Below, in pieces: positions 20,324 through 31,575 of a stretch of DNA of 64,000 bases. Where the stretch lies: contig JAZSFQ010000046.1 in NCBI GenBank assembly GCA_045532275.1, positions 56,138 to 120,137 on the forward strand, written 5' to 3'. The DNA is from Saccharofermentans sp. (GTDB taxonomy: Bacteria > Bacillota > Clostridia > Saccharofermentanales > Saccharofermentanaceae). Under the pieces are notes generated by a model. The model was not told where the DNA came from. It ran no database searches and saw only the letters and a list, made by a program, of their open reading frames with translations. Positions within the stretch are counted from its first letter, which is position 1, and the number at the start of each line of letters is the position of its first letter. The position numbers were made by a program, and so were the translations under genes.

Positions 20324-21442
20324 ATGGCTGATCATCCCGTGTGGTACGAACATATTCATACATGCGCCCAGACAGGAGCCCGGCTCGGCAAGGTCCATAC
20401 TCCTCACGGCACGTTTATGACACCGGCATTTATGCCTGTGGGCACACAGGCATCGATTAAGGGCATGAGTCCTGAGGAAGTATACGGAATGGGTGCAGGC
20501 ATTATGCTGTCCAACACATATCATCTCTGGCTCAGACCCGGAAGCGACATCGTAGCCAAAGCCGGCGGCCTACATAAGTTCATGAACTGGAACGGCGCTA
20601 TTCTCACCGACAGCGGCGGATTCCAGGTTTTTTCTCTCGCTAAACCTAAAGACGTAAAGGAAGAGGGTGTTAAGTTCAGTTCCCACATCGACGGAAGGAA
20701 GCTCTTTTTAACTCCGGAGATATCAATGCAGGTCCAGAATGACCTTGGTGCTGACATTATCATGGCATTTGATGAGTGCTGTCCCTACCCTTCCGAACAC
20801 GCCTATGCTGACAGATCACAGGCCAGGACGACCAGATGGCTCGAGCGCTGTATCGAAGCTCATAAGAGACCTGAAGATCAGGCTTTGTTCGGCATAATCC
20901 AGGGCTCAATGTATCCTGATCTGCGCAAAAAGAGCGCAGATGCAATCACTTCTTTTGATCTCCCGGGTTTTGCCATCGGCGGTATATCCGTTGGCGAACC
21001 TAAAGATCTCTTCATTGACATGATTGACTGCACGGTTCCTCTTATGCCTGAGGACAAGCCCCGTTATCTTATGGGTGTCGGCACACCTGATTATCTTATT
21101 GAAGGTTCTTGCAGAGGCGTTGATATGTTCGACTGCGTGCTCCCTACAAGAATGGGAAGACACGGCACTATCCTTACTGATTACGGTAAGAAGATCATCA
21201 GAGATAAGAAATTCGCGGAAGATTTCGGCCCTATGGACCCTGATTGTAAATGCTATGCCTGCGATAACTTCTCTGCAGCTTATGTTAGACATCTCATCAA
21301 AGCCAATGAGATGTTCGGACTTAGACTTTGCACTTACCACAACATTTATTTCCTCCTGATGCTCATGGAAAGGATCCGTCAGGCGATAGCCGAAGACAGA
21401 TTAGGCGATTTCAGGAAAGAATTCTACGAGCGTTTAGGCTGA
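20324..21442 (+). CDS. tgt: tRNA-guanine transglycosylase
   Basis: [22 protein letters not shown], zinc motif CKCYAC...H. Confidence 0.98.
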   Translation: MADHPVWYEHIHTCAQTGARLGKVHTPHGTFMTPAFMPVGTQASIKGMSPEEVYGMGAGIMLSNTYHLWLRPGSDIVAKAGGLHKFMNWNGAILTDSGGFQVFSLAKPKDVKEEGVKFSSHIDGRKLFLTPEISMQVQNDLGADIIMAFDECCPYPSEHAYADRSQARTTRWLERCIEAHKRPEDQALFGIIQGSMYPDLRKKSADAITSFDLPGFAIGGISVGEPKDLFIDMIDCTVPLMPEDKPRYLMGVGTPDYLIEGSCRGVDMFDCVLPTRMGRHGTILTDYGKKIIRDKKFAEDFGPMDPDCKCYACDNFSAAYVRHLIKANEMFGLRLCTYHNIYFLLMLMERIRQAIAEDRLGDFRKEFYERLG

Positions 21443-21449
21443 TCGGTAT

Positions 21450-21989
21450 CTATCTGTTCAGTTTCAGCGTTACTGCGGAAAGGTTGCCGCATTTAAGCTG
21501 CGTCTGGTCAGATATGCGGCGCACCATCATATCCATCCAGTCATTGCATGTCCCTGCAACCAGCGCATCAGCGAGTATCCCTTCGTCGTTCAGAAATTTA
21601 AAGAAATTGGAAGTCGCGCAGATTATCCTGTCATCTGATGAAAGACCGAAATATCCGTTCGGAAGCAGGCTTATCTGTCCCTGTCTTACGATCTTTGCGC
21701 GCACATCACCTTTTCTTATGCTCTCTATACCTTTCTGTTCCACACGAAGCATCAGATATTCCGAATCGGCATCTAGGCATTCGTCGAAAACCGAATTAAG
21801 ATAATCGATATCCTTGCTTCCTTCATCGCTGCTCAGGATCTCAGAGAACAATAAAGACTGGCTCTTAGGCGAATCAAGCTTATTTCCGTTAAAGATCGCG
21901 ACGGTCAGATTCGGAACGAGCCTTAAGAAGACTTCGTCCTTATACTCATCTGCAGCACCCCTGTGCTTAAATGTGTAATACTCGATCAA
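21450..21989 (-). CDS. Degenerate PP2C-like protein (putative pseudophosphatase)
   Basis: TTG start with an AGGAG RBS, TTGA overlap with the upstream stop. Colinear similarity to the upstream PP2C, but the metal-binding aspartates are replaced. Confidence 0.6.
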   Translation of the reverse strand: MIEYYTFKHRGAADEYKDEVFLRLVPNLTVAIFNGNKLDSPKSQSLLFSEILSSDEGSKDIDYLNSVFDECLDADSEYLMLRVEQKGIESIRKGDVRAKIVRQGQISLLPNGYFGLSSDDRIICATSNFFKFLNDEGILADALVAGTCNDWMDMMVRRISDQTQLKCGNLSAVTLKLNR

Positions 21990-22882
21990 ACGAAACTCCT
22001 CTTCATCTTGATCACGACAGCCGAATAGTTGTCCTGTCTCGGATTCTTTCTGGATTTTACGCCGTACTTTATAGTCCTGGCTATTCCGGCTGCATTCTGG
22101 TCAAAGTGTATATGATTGACGATCCTGTTCAGCGGCATGGAATCCGTAACGCCGTCGGAACTGACGATAACAATATCATTCTCTATAAGTCTCAAAGGTC
22201 TGGAAGTCATTAGGACATTGCATTTAAGATTACCGACGAAATCGATCAGGCCTTTAGCCCTGGTATCTTTATAAGCATCAGATGTATCGAGTCCGCCCTC
22301 GGCAAGTTTTCTGATCATCAACGTTACATAATTCTGTTTGTAATTAAGGAGTGTCGCACGGTTATTTCTTATCAGGATAATATTGCTGTCACCTAAGCTG
22401 TAGAAGTTCATATAGTCATCGAAAATATGGACCATAACAAGAGTCGCGCCGGCTCCCAGACGGTATTCCTCATAGATCTTGTCCGATATGTTTGTAATGA
22501 TCTTTGCGTTTTCAGCCTGCGCATCGAATCTGTAAGGATAATTCTCACTTAGAGAATCGGTTACATATTTCGAGACTACCTCACCGTTTAACAGTCCACC
22601 CATTCCGTCCGAACACGCGGCTACGAATCCTGTCTCGTTGATCTTATCCATCGGGGAAATATATAATGAATCTTCCTGGTTATCTCTTTTTCCGCGCTCG
22701 TGAAAATAAGCGACATCACAGACCAACTTAAGCTTTCCCTTATGCTTATTGGAATAAACCGTGTATTTGATTAGAGTATATACCGCAACGATTATGAAGA
22801 AGACAAACGAAAATGAAAACAATACCAGTGCAACAATGATTGCACGGACAGTGTCATCAGGTAAAAGACTGTAATCGAACAT
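21986..22882 (-). CDS. PP2C/PPM family Ser/Thr phosphatase with an N-terminal TM anchor
   Basis: RDNQEDS, SDGMGG, GATL, LGDS, SSDGV, QDNYS motifs all intact. Confidence 0.9.
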   Translation of the reverse strand: MFDYSLLPDDTVRAIIVALVLFSFSFVFFIIVAVYTLIKYTVYSNKHKGKLKLVCDVAYFHERGKRDNQEDSLYISPMDKINETGFVAACSDGMGGLLNGEVVSKYVTDSLSENYPYRFDAQAENAKIITNISDKIYEEYRLGAGATLVMVHIFDDYMNFYSLGDSNIILIRNNRATLLNYKQNYVTLMIRKLAEGGLDTSDAYKDTRAKGLIDFVGNLKCNVLMTSRPLRLIENDIVIVSSDGVTDSMPLNRIVNHIHFDQNAAGIARTIKYGVKSRKNPRQDNYSAVVIKMKRSFV

Positions 22883-22980
22883 TGCTTATATCTTCCGGAA
22901 AATTGTGAAAAGTAATGGTGTCTTCTTCGCTTTTATAATTCTAACTCATTATTTGAGGAATTATCATATTTTTCTTACAG

Positions 22981-23853
22981 TCAGTCTTCAGAAGCGTCTT
23001 TTCCGTCAGCAACATATCTTTTTATCAGCCCGTCCGTAAAATAAGACAGGAAGTACTGGACCCAGGAAACAACGATGAATGAATACAGGAATATGAATAT
23101 TCCGAGCGTAAGATAAGAAGCTGACATGAGCAATAAAAACGGAATAACAAAATAAAAGATAAATACGACAGCAAATGCACCGAGACACGGAACGAATCTT
23201 ATAAGCACGAAAAGGATCGCATTCTTATAGATCTTTCCTAGCTTCAGCTCCGTGGATACTATCATTGTATAGACAAAATTCTGCACCAGTATGAATACGA
23301 ATAACAAAACTATAAATACAATGCCGATAACGGTTCCTAAGGAAGTCTTGAAGTTAAGATAAAAACCTGTTGCCAGGAGCAATGCCGGAGTGATCAACAA
23401 TCCAATGAACATTGCCGCAAGTCCCTTTTTCCAGTTGCCGGCAAGACCTGCCTTAAAGCTGGAAAAGAAAGAAACCGACGTATCGTTTCTTATATCTTTA
23501 AAGACCTGTGCAACCCCGGTCTGAAAAGGACCGATACAGATAAGCGCAGATGATACGAGAAATGTTAAAGCAAATAAAACAAGCAGAAAATATAATTCAA
23601 AAACCGCTTCATCACTGCCTGTGACAGGGTCTATATATGAACTGACATCAATGAAAGACGGCGCAATCCACGGGACAAAGACCATCGACAGGAAGCCTGC
23701 CAGAACAAGCGCAGGAATATTAAAGATGATAAATAAAGCATTTGAAGCCATCATCCTGACAAGATTAGTCCATCCGGAAATAAAGAACCTTGCTACAGGA
23801 CCTCTGTCTTTTGCAGAATCATCAGAATCAAACCCGTGACGTTCCCGATCCAT
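22981..23853 (-). CDS. DUF624/YesL-like integral membrane protein
   Basis: Five to six TM segments, NALFIIFNIP and FFSSFKAGLAGNWKK motifs. Confidence 0.6.
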   Translation of the reverse strand: MDRERHGFDSDDSAKDRGPVARFFISGWTNLVRMMASNALFIIFNIPALVLAGFLSMVFVPWIAPSFIDVSSYIDPVTGSDEAVFELYFLLVLFALTFLVSSALICIGPFQTGVAQVFKDIRNDTSVSFFSSFKAGLAGNWKKGLAAMFIGLLITPALLLATGFYLNFKTSLGTVIGIVFIVLLFVFILVQNFVYTMIVSTELKLGKIYKNAILFVLIRFVPCLGAFAVVFIFYFVIPFLLLMSASYLTLGIFIFLYSFIVVSWVQYFLSYFTDGLIKRYVADGKDASED

Positions 23854-23859
23854 AACCTG

Positions 23860-25212
23860 TCACTTGGATGTAAGTCCGGCTACGCAGTCTTCAAAAGCCT
23901 TCAGATGTTCCAGGCTCCTGTCAGCGATCGCATTATTCTTATCCTTCTTGCCGGTCTTTCCCTTAAACCTGCCCTCGATTGGACTTACGATACCGAAGTT
24001 TGCATTCATAGGCTGGAATTTCTTTATATTCGGATCAGAAACATATAAAGCCATTGAACCTATTACCGTACAGGGATCAGGTTCATACGCAAGGTCGATG
24101 CCGAGTGCCCTTTGTGCTGCATAGAAACCGGCCACGAACCCTGATGCAGTTGATTCAATATAACCCTCAACACCAGTGATCTGACCCGCGAAATAGATAT
24201 CCGGCTTTTCCCTGAGATTATAGTGAGACGACAAATACAGAGGAGAATTAAGGAAAGTATTTCTGTGCATTACACCGTATCTGGTATATTCTGCATTCTC
24301 AAGCCCCGGTATCATACCGAAGACTCTCTTCTGTTCCGGCCACTTAAGTCTTGTCTGGAAACCGACAAGGTTATACATCGTCTTAGCGCGGTCATCCTGT
24401 CTGAGCTGAAGGTTCGCATACGGTTCTCTTCCTGTCGCGGGATCGATCAGACCTACACCCTTAAGAGGACCGAAACGCATGGTATCGACGCCTCTTTGTG
24501 CCATTACTTCTATCGGCATGCAGCCTTCGAAGACTATCTCTCTGTCAAAATTCTTTACCTCAGCTCTCTCGGCATTTACAAGTTCTTCCCTGAATGCGAG
24601 ATATTCTTCTTTTGTCATAGGACAGTTGATATAATCATCGCCGCCTTTTCCGTATCTTGAAGCTCTGAAAGCCTTGGTCATATCAATAGAATCACCGGTA
24701 ACGATAGGCGCAGCGCTGTCAAAGAAATGAAGTCCCGACGTGTCACCGGTTACCTTCAGGATATCTTCATAAAGATCGCCTTCGGTAAGTGGTCCGGTAG
24801 CTACTATCACGATCCCTTCTTCAGGTATCTTCTTGACTTCACCGGGAATAACTTCTATCAGGGGATTATTCTTAACCTTTTCGGTTATATAACCGGAGAA
24901 TTCATCTCTGTCTACTGCCAATGCTCCGCCTGCGGGAATACTTGCCCTGTCAGCAGATTCCATTATCAACGAACCGAGATGCCTTAACTCTTCTTTCAGA
25001 AGGCCGATGGCATTCTCCCTTGCTGCTGCTCTTAACGAATTACTGCAGACAAGTTCAGCGAAATTCTCTGAATGATGGGCAGGACTGAACTTAACAGGCT
25101 TCATTTCATAGAGCTTAACTTTTACACCTGCGCGTGCACAGATATATGCAGCTTCTGAACCTGCAAGACCTGCACCTATTACGGTTACTGTAGGATCACT
25201 CTTCATCGTCAT
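23860..25212 (-). CDS. trmFO: tRNA (uracil-5)-methyltransferase TrmFO (Gid)
   Basis: [47 protein letters not shown]. Confidence 0.97.
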   Translation of the reverse strand: MTMKSDPTVTVIGAGLAGSEAAYICARAGVKVKLYEMKPVKFSPAHHSENFAELVCSNSLRAAARENAIGLLKEELRHLGSLIMESADRASIPAGGALAVDRDEFSGYITEKVKNNPLIEVIPGEVKKIPEEGIVIVATGPLTEGDLYEDILKVTGDTSGLHFFDSAAPIVTGDSIDMTKAFRASRYGKGGDDYINCPMTKEEYLAFREELVNAERAEVKNFDREIVFEGCMPIEVMAQRGVDTMRFGPLKGVGLIDPATGREPYANLQLRQDDRAKTMYNLVGFQTRLKWPEQKRVFGMIPGLENAEYTRYGVMHRNTFLNSPLYLSSHYNLREKPDIYFAGQITGVEGYIESTASGFVAGFYAAQRALGIDLAYEPDPCTVIGSMALYVSDPNIKKFQPMNANFGIVSPIEGRFKGKTGKKDKNNAIADRSLEHLKAFEDCVAGLTSK

Positions 25213-27361
25213 TCTTTTTGCTGTCAGATGACTTTCTGGTCTTCCTGATATTCGTTACACAATCCTTATTGGAACATCTGGGATATGTCTTCTTGCCGAA
25301 ATGCTTCAGAACCATATATGATCCGCACTCTGGGCAGACTTTATCATCAATCGGAAGGTCCCAAGATATAAAATCACAATCCGGATCGCTTCCCTGCTTA
25401 TCGCATGTATAGAAAGACTTGTTTCTGTATTTTTTGGACTTGTGTACGAGAAGTCCTGATCCGCACTTAGGGCATTTTCCCTTGGCATAGACAACGATAT
25501 TCTTTGTGTAATTACACTCAGGGAAATTGGAGCAGGCAATAAACTTACCGTATCTTCCTTCCTTATAGATAAGCTCGCTGCCGCACTGCGGACACATCTC
25601 GCCTGTCTTTTCTGGTTCGAATGTAATCTTATCAATAGACTCCTGGGCAGCCTTGATCTGTGTGTTGAATTCCGGATAGAACACGTCCAAAACATGTTCC
25701 CACTCTTCCTTGCCTTCTTCTACCTCATCGAGTTTTGTCTCCATGTCAGCTGTAAAAGAAAGGTCGACGATCTCGCTGAAATTCTCGGAAAGCATATTGG
25801 TAACGATCTTTCCCAGATCTGTTATCTGAAGGAGTTTACCGTTCTTCTCGATATACTTACGGTCAAGTATCGTAGAGATCGTAGGAGCATATGTGGAAGG
25901 TCTGCCGATTCCATATTCTTCAAGCGCCTTGATCAGAGTCGCTTCAGTATAATGCGGAGGCGGCAGAGTGAATTTCTGCAAAGACTTAAGATCGATCAGA
26001 TCGAGCTTCATGCCGTCTTCAAGAGGCGGAATGGCAGCTTTGCCGTCCTGATCATCTGCTTTATTGGTATCTTCAGCAATATCATCATAAAGAACAAGGA
26101 ATCCCTTGAATGTAACAGTCTCGCCTACAGCCCTGAATACCCTGCCGTTACAGGAAGCCTGACATGTAACCGTATCAAGCTTACATGCGGCCATCTGTGT
26201 AGCAAGAAATCTGTCCCAGATAAGCTGGTAGAGCTTATACTGGTCATTCGTAAGAGAAGACTTGATCTCTTTGGGGTCCAGATCGAAATGTGTAGGTCTG
26301 ATAGCTTCGTGAGCATCCTGTGCCGAATTCTTATTCTTATATTCTCTCTTATAAGGAGAACAGTATTCGTTACCGAATCTCTTTTTAATGATATCCTTTG
26401 CGGCTGCTACGGCCTCTTCTGAAATACGAACAGAGTCAGTTCTGATATAGGATACCAACGCAGTCTGGCCGGCACCTGCGATCTCCACGCCTTCATAGAG
26501 CTGCTGGGCTATAGACATCGTTTTCTTAGATGAGAATCCCAGTCTCTTTGAAGCTTCCTGCTGCAGTGTGGATGTGGTAAACGGAGGATAAGGATTACGG
26601 TCCTTCTTACCCTTCTTTACTGAATCTACTACCAGCGGCCCGCTTCCGACAGCATCCAGAACGACCTGAGCGTCCTCGAGGCACTTAAGGTCATCCTTTT
26701 TAACTCTTCCGTCGCCGTCAACAACGCCGTAGTATCCGAGAAGGAACTTATCACTGTTATTTCCGGGCGTAACGAGAGCCTTGATAAGCCAGTATTCTTC
26801 AGGCTTAAACGCATCTATCTCGGCATCACGGTCCATTACGATCTTGGTTGCTACAGACTGGACTCTTCCTGCAGAAAGGCCCTTGCGTATCTTTTTCCAG
26901 AGAAGAGGACTTAATTCATATCCTACAAGTCTGTCAAGAATTCTTCTCGCCTGCTGTGCATTGGCAAGATTCATATTGATGGCTCTGGGATTCTTGATAG
27001 CTTCCTGGACTGCGGTCTTGGTGATCTCGTTAAATGTGATCCTGCACTTCGAATCGGGATCGATCTTCAACACCTTGGCCAGATGCCAAGCAATAGCTTC
27101 ACCTTCGCGGTCAGGGTCGGTCGCGAGCAATATCTCATCAGCGTCGGCTGCCATGAGCTTAAGATCTCTTACGACCTTCTCCTTTCCCTTCATTGTAATG
27201 TATAAAGGCTTATAGTTATTCTTTACGTCAACGCCGAGATTACCCGAAGGAAGATCCCTGATATGGCCTAAAGAAGCCGAAATAACATAATCGCTGCCAA
27301 GATATCTTCCGATAGTCTTTGACTTGGCAGGAGACTCAACAATTACTAACTTTTTACCCAT
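25196..27361 (-). CDS. topA: DNA topoisomerase I
   Basis: [24 protein letters not shown], active site SYIRTDS, C-terminal Cys4 zinc ribbons; start moved to MGKKL. Confidence 0.98.
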   Translation of the reverse strand: MGKKLVIVESPAKSKTIGRYLGSDYVISASLGHIRDLPSGNLGVDVKNNYKPLYITMKGKEKVVRDLKLMAADADEILLATDPDREGEAIAWHLAKVLKIDPDSKCRITFNEITKTAVQEAIKNPRAINMNLANAQQARRILDRLVGYELSPLLWKKIRKGLSAGRVQSVATKIVMDRDAEIDAFKPEEYWLIKALVTPGNNSDKFLLGYYGVVDGDGRVKKDDLKCLEDAQVVLDAVGSGPLVVDSVKKGKKDRNPYPPFTTSTLQQEASKRLGFSSKKTMSIAQQLYEGVEIAGAGQTALVSYIRTDSVRISEEAVAAAKDIIKKRFGNEYCSPYKREYKNKNSAQDAHEAIRPTHFDLDPKEIKSSLTNDQYKLYQLIWDRFLATQMAACKLDTVTCQASCNGRVFRAVGETVTFKGFLVLYDDIAEDTNKADDQDGKAAIPPLEDGMKLDLIDLKSLQKFTLPPPHYTEATLIKALEEYGIGRPSTYAPTISTILDRKYIEKNGKLLQITDLGKIVTNMLSENFSEIVDLSFTADMETKLDEVEEGKEEWEHVLDVFYPEFNTQIKAAQESIDKITFEPEKTGEMCPQCGSELIYKEGRYGKFIACSNFPECNYTKNIVVYAKGKCPKCGSGLLVHKSKKYRNKSFYTCDKQGSDPDCDFISWDLPIDDKVCPECGSYMVLKHFGKKTYPRCSNKDCVTNIRKTRKSSDSKKNDDEE

Positions 27362-27401
27362 GGAGTACCCCTCTATATTTTTAATTAAAAATATATCATC
27401 A

Positions 27402-28640
27402 TTATACAAATGTCAACGAGTACTTCCCCTGTTCCTGACATACTGTCCCATTAAGTTCAAGTTCTGTCAATAATTTTGACACTTTGTAAAAAGGCAGCAT
27501 TGTGATGCCGCATATTTCATCTGCGCATAAGGAATTAAGTGTTAGTGAATCTTTTATTATCTCCTTCCAGTTATCATCAGTCAGTTCTTCGGGTTTTGAC
27601 TTAGCAAGTTCCCTAAGAACATCTATATTTTCATTTGCCGTGAAATCTTCTTTACATAAATCTTTATAAAGCAGTTCTCCGGAACATCCCAGATCCATCC
27701 GCTTATACATAAGCGACCGGGCAACGCTGTCTATAACACTGTCCGAATTAAGCAGGATGTTGCCTCCGTCTTCAAGAAGCTTTAGTCCTCCCAATGCGTT
27801 TTTATAGTAGATATTATTCGGAAGGACGAAAACCTCTTTGCCCTGTGCGGCTGCAAATGATGCCGTATGAAGCGTCCCGGAAACAGTTCCGGCTTCCATT
27901 ATGAGAGTACAGTCCGAAAGTCCTGCGATCAGACGGTTGCGTGATGGAAAATACTGTCTCAGAGGCTGCTGTCCCGGCGGCATCTCGGATAAGACCAGAC
28001 CATCAGAGCAGATAAGATCATAGATATCCTTGTTGGCAGGTGGATATATATTATCTACTCCGCCTGCAAGAACTGCTATTGTGCCGCCTTTCGTCCCTAA
28101 AGATGAAATATGTGCCTGACGGTCTGTACCGTATGCCATGCCTGATACTACGGTTATTCCCTTTTCTCCGAGTTCCCTGCTTATCTGGTCTGTAGCATAA
28201 AGCGCATATCTGCTCGGATTCCTTGACCCGACAACGGCAACAGAACCCGATAATGTCATATTTCCGATAATGCTGTAATTGCCTCTTATATAGAAAACCT
28301 TGGGCATTCCGCTTAGGTTCTTCCAATTAAACGGATAACTGTCATTAAGGCTGGATATAACTTCTATATTGTTTGAATCTGCGATTCGTTTATATTCTGT
28401 TACAACTTTCTCAAGATCTTTATAAGTTTCCAGCAGACTCTTTATCTTTATGACCGTATCCTGCCCTGCACCGGATCCTTTTTCCGCTATCCTTTTCAAG
28501 ATATCCTTATCTGAGATATCCCTGTAATTGCTGATCAGCTGAAGATCCTGTAATTCTTTTATTGTCTTATAATTTATCTTCGTGTTCAGCATAACGGCCG
28601 AATAGAATAGATCCTTATCGCGGTCAGTCATTATTTCCAT
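27402..28640 (-). CDS. dprA: DNA-processing protein DprA
   Basis: VAVVGSR, VSGMAYGTD, FPSRNRLIAGLS, SGTLHTA, C-terminal winged helix; ATG at 28640 follows a GGAGG RBS. Confidence 0.92.
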   Translation of the reverse strand: MEIMTDRDKDLFYSAVMLNTKINYKTIKELQDLQLISNYRDISDKDILKRIAEKGSGAGQDTVIKIKSLLETYKDLEKVVTEYKRIADSNNIEVISSLNDSYPFNWKNLSGMPKVFYIRGNYSIIGNMTLSGSVAVVGSRNPSRYALYATDQISRELGEKGITVVSGMAYGTDRQAHISSLGTKGGTIAVLAGGVDNIYPPANKDIYDLICSDGLVLSEMPPGQQPLRQYFPSRNRLIAGLSDCTLIMEAGTVSGTLHTASFAAAQGKEVFVLPNNIYYKNALGGLKLLEDGGNILLNSDSVIDSVARSLMYKRMDLGCSGELLYKDLCKEDFTANENIDVLRELAKSKPEELTDDNWKEIIKDSLTLNSLCADEICGITMLPFYKVSKLLTELELNGTVCQEQGKYSLTFV

Positions 28641-28644
28641 AAGC

Positions 28645-30174
28645 TTATCCTCCCAAGAGATTTCTCGATCTGTATTGGATAGCTTCCGACACATCATCTT
28701 CGGACACATCGCGGGCTTCATGAATATCCGCTATAGTCCTTGCAACCCTCAGGATCCTTGTAAATCCGCGAGCAGAGAAAAAACCTTTATCCGAAAGCTC
28801 TGAAGCATATTTAACAACATTTGACGGAATCCTCAGCAAGTCTTTAATATCAGTTTCGGGAAATGTTCCGTTCAGATAATTACCGCCGTATCTCTCATGT
28901 GCAGTCTGCCAGCACCGTTCTACTGTTTTTCTGTATTCAAGGCTTTCTCCCTTTGCATCATCCGTATATATTCTCGCCATCTCAATCCCCGAAATAGACC
29001 TCATCTCGCTTATGATGTCGATCCTCTCCAGAAATGGTCCGTTCAGCTTCGTAAGATAACGTCTGATATCAGAAACGGAACATCTGCATTTACTGCCTTT
29101 CTCATACAGCATTCCGCATTTGCACGGATTACCGGTACCGAGAAAAACAAAGTCCGAATCGAATGAATAGAGGTTTCCACGCCTCATTAGATGGACCTTC
29201 CTTTCTTCCAGAGGTTTTCTCAGGAAATCCAGTACTTCATTCTTGTACAAAGGCAGTTCATCTGCGAAAAGGATGCCATGATTAGCCAGTGCCATTTCGC
29301 CGGGACTTAATGTCACCGCGTTCCCCAATAGCTTTCCGACTGTAATATCAGTGCTGACTATTCTTACAGGACGGTCTGAGCACGGTGTTAAAGTCTCTCC
29401 TTCAACCAGTTCATTCAGCGAATAAACATCAGACATTTCATCTCGGCTCATCTCAGGCAACAGGCCCGAGAGTATCATTCCTGCCATTGTCTTTCCGCTG
29501 CCGGGGCTGCCGAGAAGCAATATGTTGTGGAAACCTGCTGCGCTGATAAGCAGCGCTCTCTTGGTTTTCTCCTGTCCTTTCAGCATCGAGATATCAAGAA
29601 CTGAATCATCAGATCTGCTGATCGCGGCTTTAAATTCCGATTCTTCATAATGATTGTCGTCGAAAATATCACTGATATCCGTAAGGCCAGATATACTCTG
29701 TCCTGAAAATCCAGCGAGCGCAGCACTGTTTTCCTCGCTTTTCGGAATTATCTTATAGTCAAAGACAGTCTCACGTGCTTTTTTGAGTCTTATGCAGGAA
29801 CCGGGTGTGCCTTTAAGTTCTCCTCCCAAAGACAGTTCACCTTCCGCATAGATCTTCGCATCAGGAGGCAGATATACCTGCCCTGACGCGAAAAGTATCC
29901 CCAGCGCCATCGGGAGATCAAATCCGGAGCCTGTTTTCCGCAGATATGCAGGACTAATACCGACCGTAATGTGTCCCTTAGGCATATTGAAACCTGCGGA
30001 CTTAAATGCCGAGATAAGTCTTCCCTGCGCTTCCTTTATAGAAGAATCACACAAACCGATAACAGAAAAAGACGGAATCCCCGGAGCTATGGAAACCTCT
30101 ATCAAAGTAATGGTGGAATCAGTCCCTGAAGCAAAGCATGAATAAAGTCTGGCGACATTGGGTTTTGAAGCCAT
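28645..30174 (-). CDS. comM: ComM/YifB Mg-chelatase-related AAA+ ATPase
   Basis: N-terminal Lon-like domain (KTGSGFDLPMA), Walker A GSPGSGKT, ILFADE, NPCKCG, LERID, RVARTIAD. Confidence 0.9.
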   Translation of the reverse strand: MASKPNVARLYSCFASGTDSTITLIEVSIAPGIPSFSVIGLCDSSIKEAQGRLISAFKSAGFNMPKGHITVGISPAYLRKTGSGFDLPMALGILFASGQVYLPPDAKIYAEGELSLGGELKGTPGSCIRLKKARETVFDYKIIPKSEENSAALAGFSGQSISGLTDISDIFDDNHYEESEFKAAISRSDDSVLDISMLKGQEKTKRALLISAAGFHNILLLGSPGSGKTMAGMILSGLLPEMSRDEMSDVYSLNELVEGETLTPCSDRPVRIVSTDITVGKLLGNAVTLSPGEMALANHGILFADELPLYKNEVLDFLRKPLEERKVHLMRRGNLYSFDSDFVFLGTGNPCKCGMLYEKGSKCRCSVSDIRRYLTKLNGPFLERIDIISEMRSISGIEMARIYTDDAKGESLEYRKTVERCWQTAHERYGGNYLNGTFPETDIKDLLRIPSNVVKYASELSDKGFFSARGFTRILRVARTIADIHEARDVSEDDVSEAIQYRSRNLLGG

Positions 30175-30259
30175 AGCGAAAACCTCCTTTTACAAGGAGA
30201 ATACGCTTATGTATAACGGATTATCAGTACAAAAACATCGCACGATATCTGCCATTTCC

Positions 30260-30362
30260 CGACATGATCTGCGACAAAAATCGTTAACAGCGACATGATT
30301 ATTACAAAAACCCACAAACAAACAGACATTCTCTACACAAAAACCGACAAAGAACCGACAAA
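30260..30362. repeat. Degenerate CGACA/ACAAAAA direct-repeat array in the comM-ychF divergent intergenic region
   Basis: CGACA at 30260, 30272, 30291, 30345 and 30356; the last two copies (CCGACAAA) are 11 bp apart. Confidence 0.5.
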
Positions 30363-30420
30363 TCTTTATGATATGAATGTGCTAAAATTATGAGGCAAAT
30401 CAAGTTAAAGAGGTATATAT

Positions 30421-31515
30421 ATGAAGCTTGGAATCGTAGGACTTCCTAATGTAGGCAAGAGCACACTGTTCAATGCGATCACAAGAGCCGGAGCAGAAGC
30501 AGCAAACTATCCTTTCTGCACGATAGAACCTAATGTCGGCGTTGTATCCGTTCCTGACAAAAGACTGGATAAACTCGCCGAGATATATAATCCTGAAAAA
30601 TATACTCCTGCAGTCGTTGAATTCGTAGACATCGCAGGTCTTGTTGCAGGCGCTTCCAAAGGTGAAGGCTTAGGCAACAAATTCCTTTCCAATATAAGGG
30701 AGTGCGACGCTATCGTTCATGTCGTAAGATGCTTTGACGATCCGGATGTCATCCATGTTAACGGCCATGCCGATCCTGCAGGAGATATCGAAACTATCGA
30801 TGTCGAACTTATCCTTTCAGATCTCGAGATCATGGAAAAGCGCATTGACAGGACAAAGAAGATGATGAAAGGCGGCGATAAAGCTTTCGCTAAAGAATTA
30901 GCCGTATATGAGAGGATCCTGGAGTGTCTTGCCGAAGGAAGATCTGCAAGGACTCTTACTTTCGAAGAAGACGAACAGGAATACATCAAGGACCTTCAGC
31001 TTATATCAATGAAGCCCGTTCTTTACTGCGCAAATATCGCTGAAGATGACATCAGGAAGGAAGAAGACATTCCTTATGTCCGCACTGTAAAAGAGATAGC
31101 GGAAAAAGAAGGCTCCGGTGTCGTCGTCATCTCTGCTAAGATCGAAGAGGAATTGGGCGAGCTCTCTCCCGAAGACCGCGAGATGTTCTTAGAAGATCTC
31201 GGAATCGAGAGCGCAGGCCTTGATAAGATGATCAACGCTTCCTACACCCTTTTAGGTCTTATCTCTTTCCTTACGGCAGGTCCTAAGGAAGTGCGCGCAT
31301 GGACTATTAAGAAAGGCACTAAGGCTCCCCAGGCCGCAGGAAAGATCCACTCTGATTTCGAAAGAGGCTTCATCAGGGCCGAAGTCGTTTCATACGATGA
31401 CCTTATCGCCAACGGCACTTACAATGCCGCTAAAGAAAAAGGTCTCGTAAGATCCGAAGGAAAAGAATATGTCATGAAAGACGGAGACGTCGTAGTATTC
31501 AGATTTAACGTCTGA
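30421..31515 (+). CDS. ychF: Ribosome-binding ATPase YchF
   Basis: [37 protein letters not shown] domain. Confidence 0.98.
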   Translation: MKLGIVGLPNVGKSTLFNAITRAGAEAANYPFCTIEPNVGVVSVPDKRLDKLAEIYNPEKYTPAVVEFVDIAGLVAGASKGEGLGNKFLSNIRECDAIVHVVRCFDDPDVIHVNGHADPAGDIETIDVELILSDLEIMEKRIDRTKKMMKGGDKAFAKELAVYERILECLAEGRSARTLTFEEDEQEYIKDLQLISMKPVLYCANIAEDDIRKEEDIPYVRTVKEIAEKEGSGVVVISAKIEEELGELSPEDREMFLEDLGIESAGLDKMINASYTLLGLISFLTAGPKEVRAWTIKKGTKAPQAAGKIHSDFERGFIRAEVVSYDDLIANGTYNAAKEKGLVRSEGKEYVMKDGDVVVFRFNV

Positions 31516-31533
31516 TCCTGAAGATATTTTTTC

Positions 31534-31566
31534 AAAAGGCTGTCTCAAATGCAGGCAGCCTTTTTT
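31534..31566 (+). terminator. Intrinsic (probably bidirectional) terminator after ychF
   Basis: AAAAGGCTGTCT-CAAATGC-AGGCAGCCTTTTTT. Confidence 0.8.
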
Positions 31567-31575
31567 CTTGATTTG

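Noticed and set aside
25694-26422. 242-aa plus-strand ORF
   Set aside because: Entirely antisense to topA; explained by the host gene's codon bias.
27361-28721. N-terminal extensions in the ORF track (dprA 28721, topA 27409; similarly 2392, 10465, 12928, 32330, 41772, 44586, 53377)
   Set aside because: The extensions overlap upstream genes or lack an RBS. Downstream starts match where family homology begins, most with an RBS or translational coupling.
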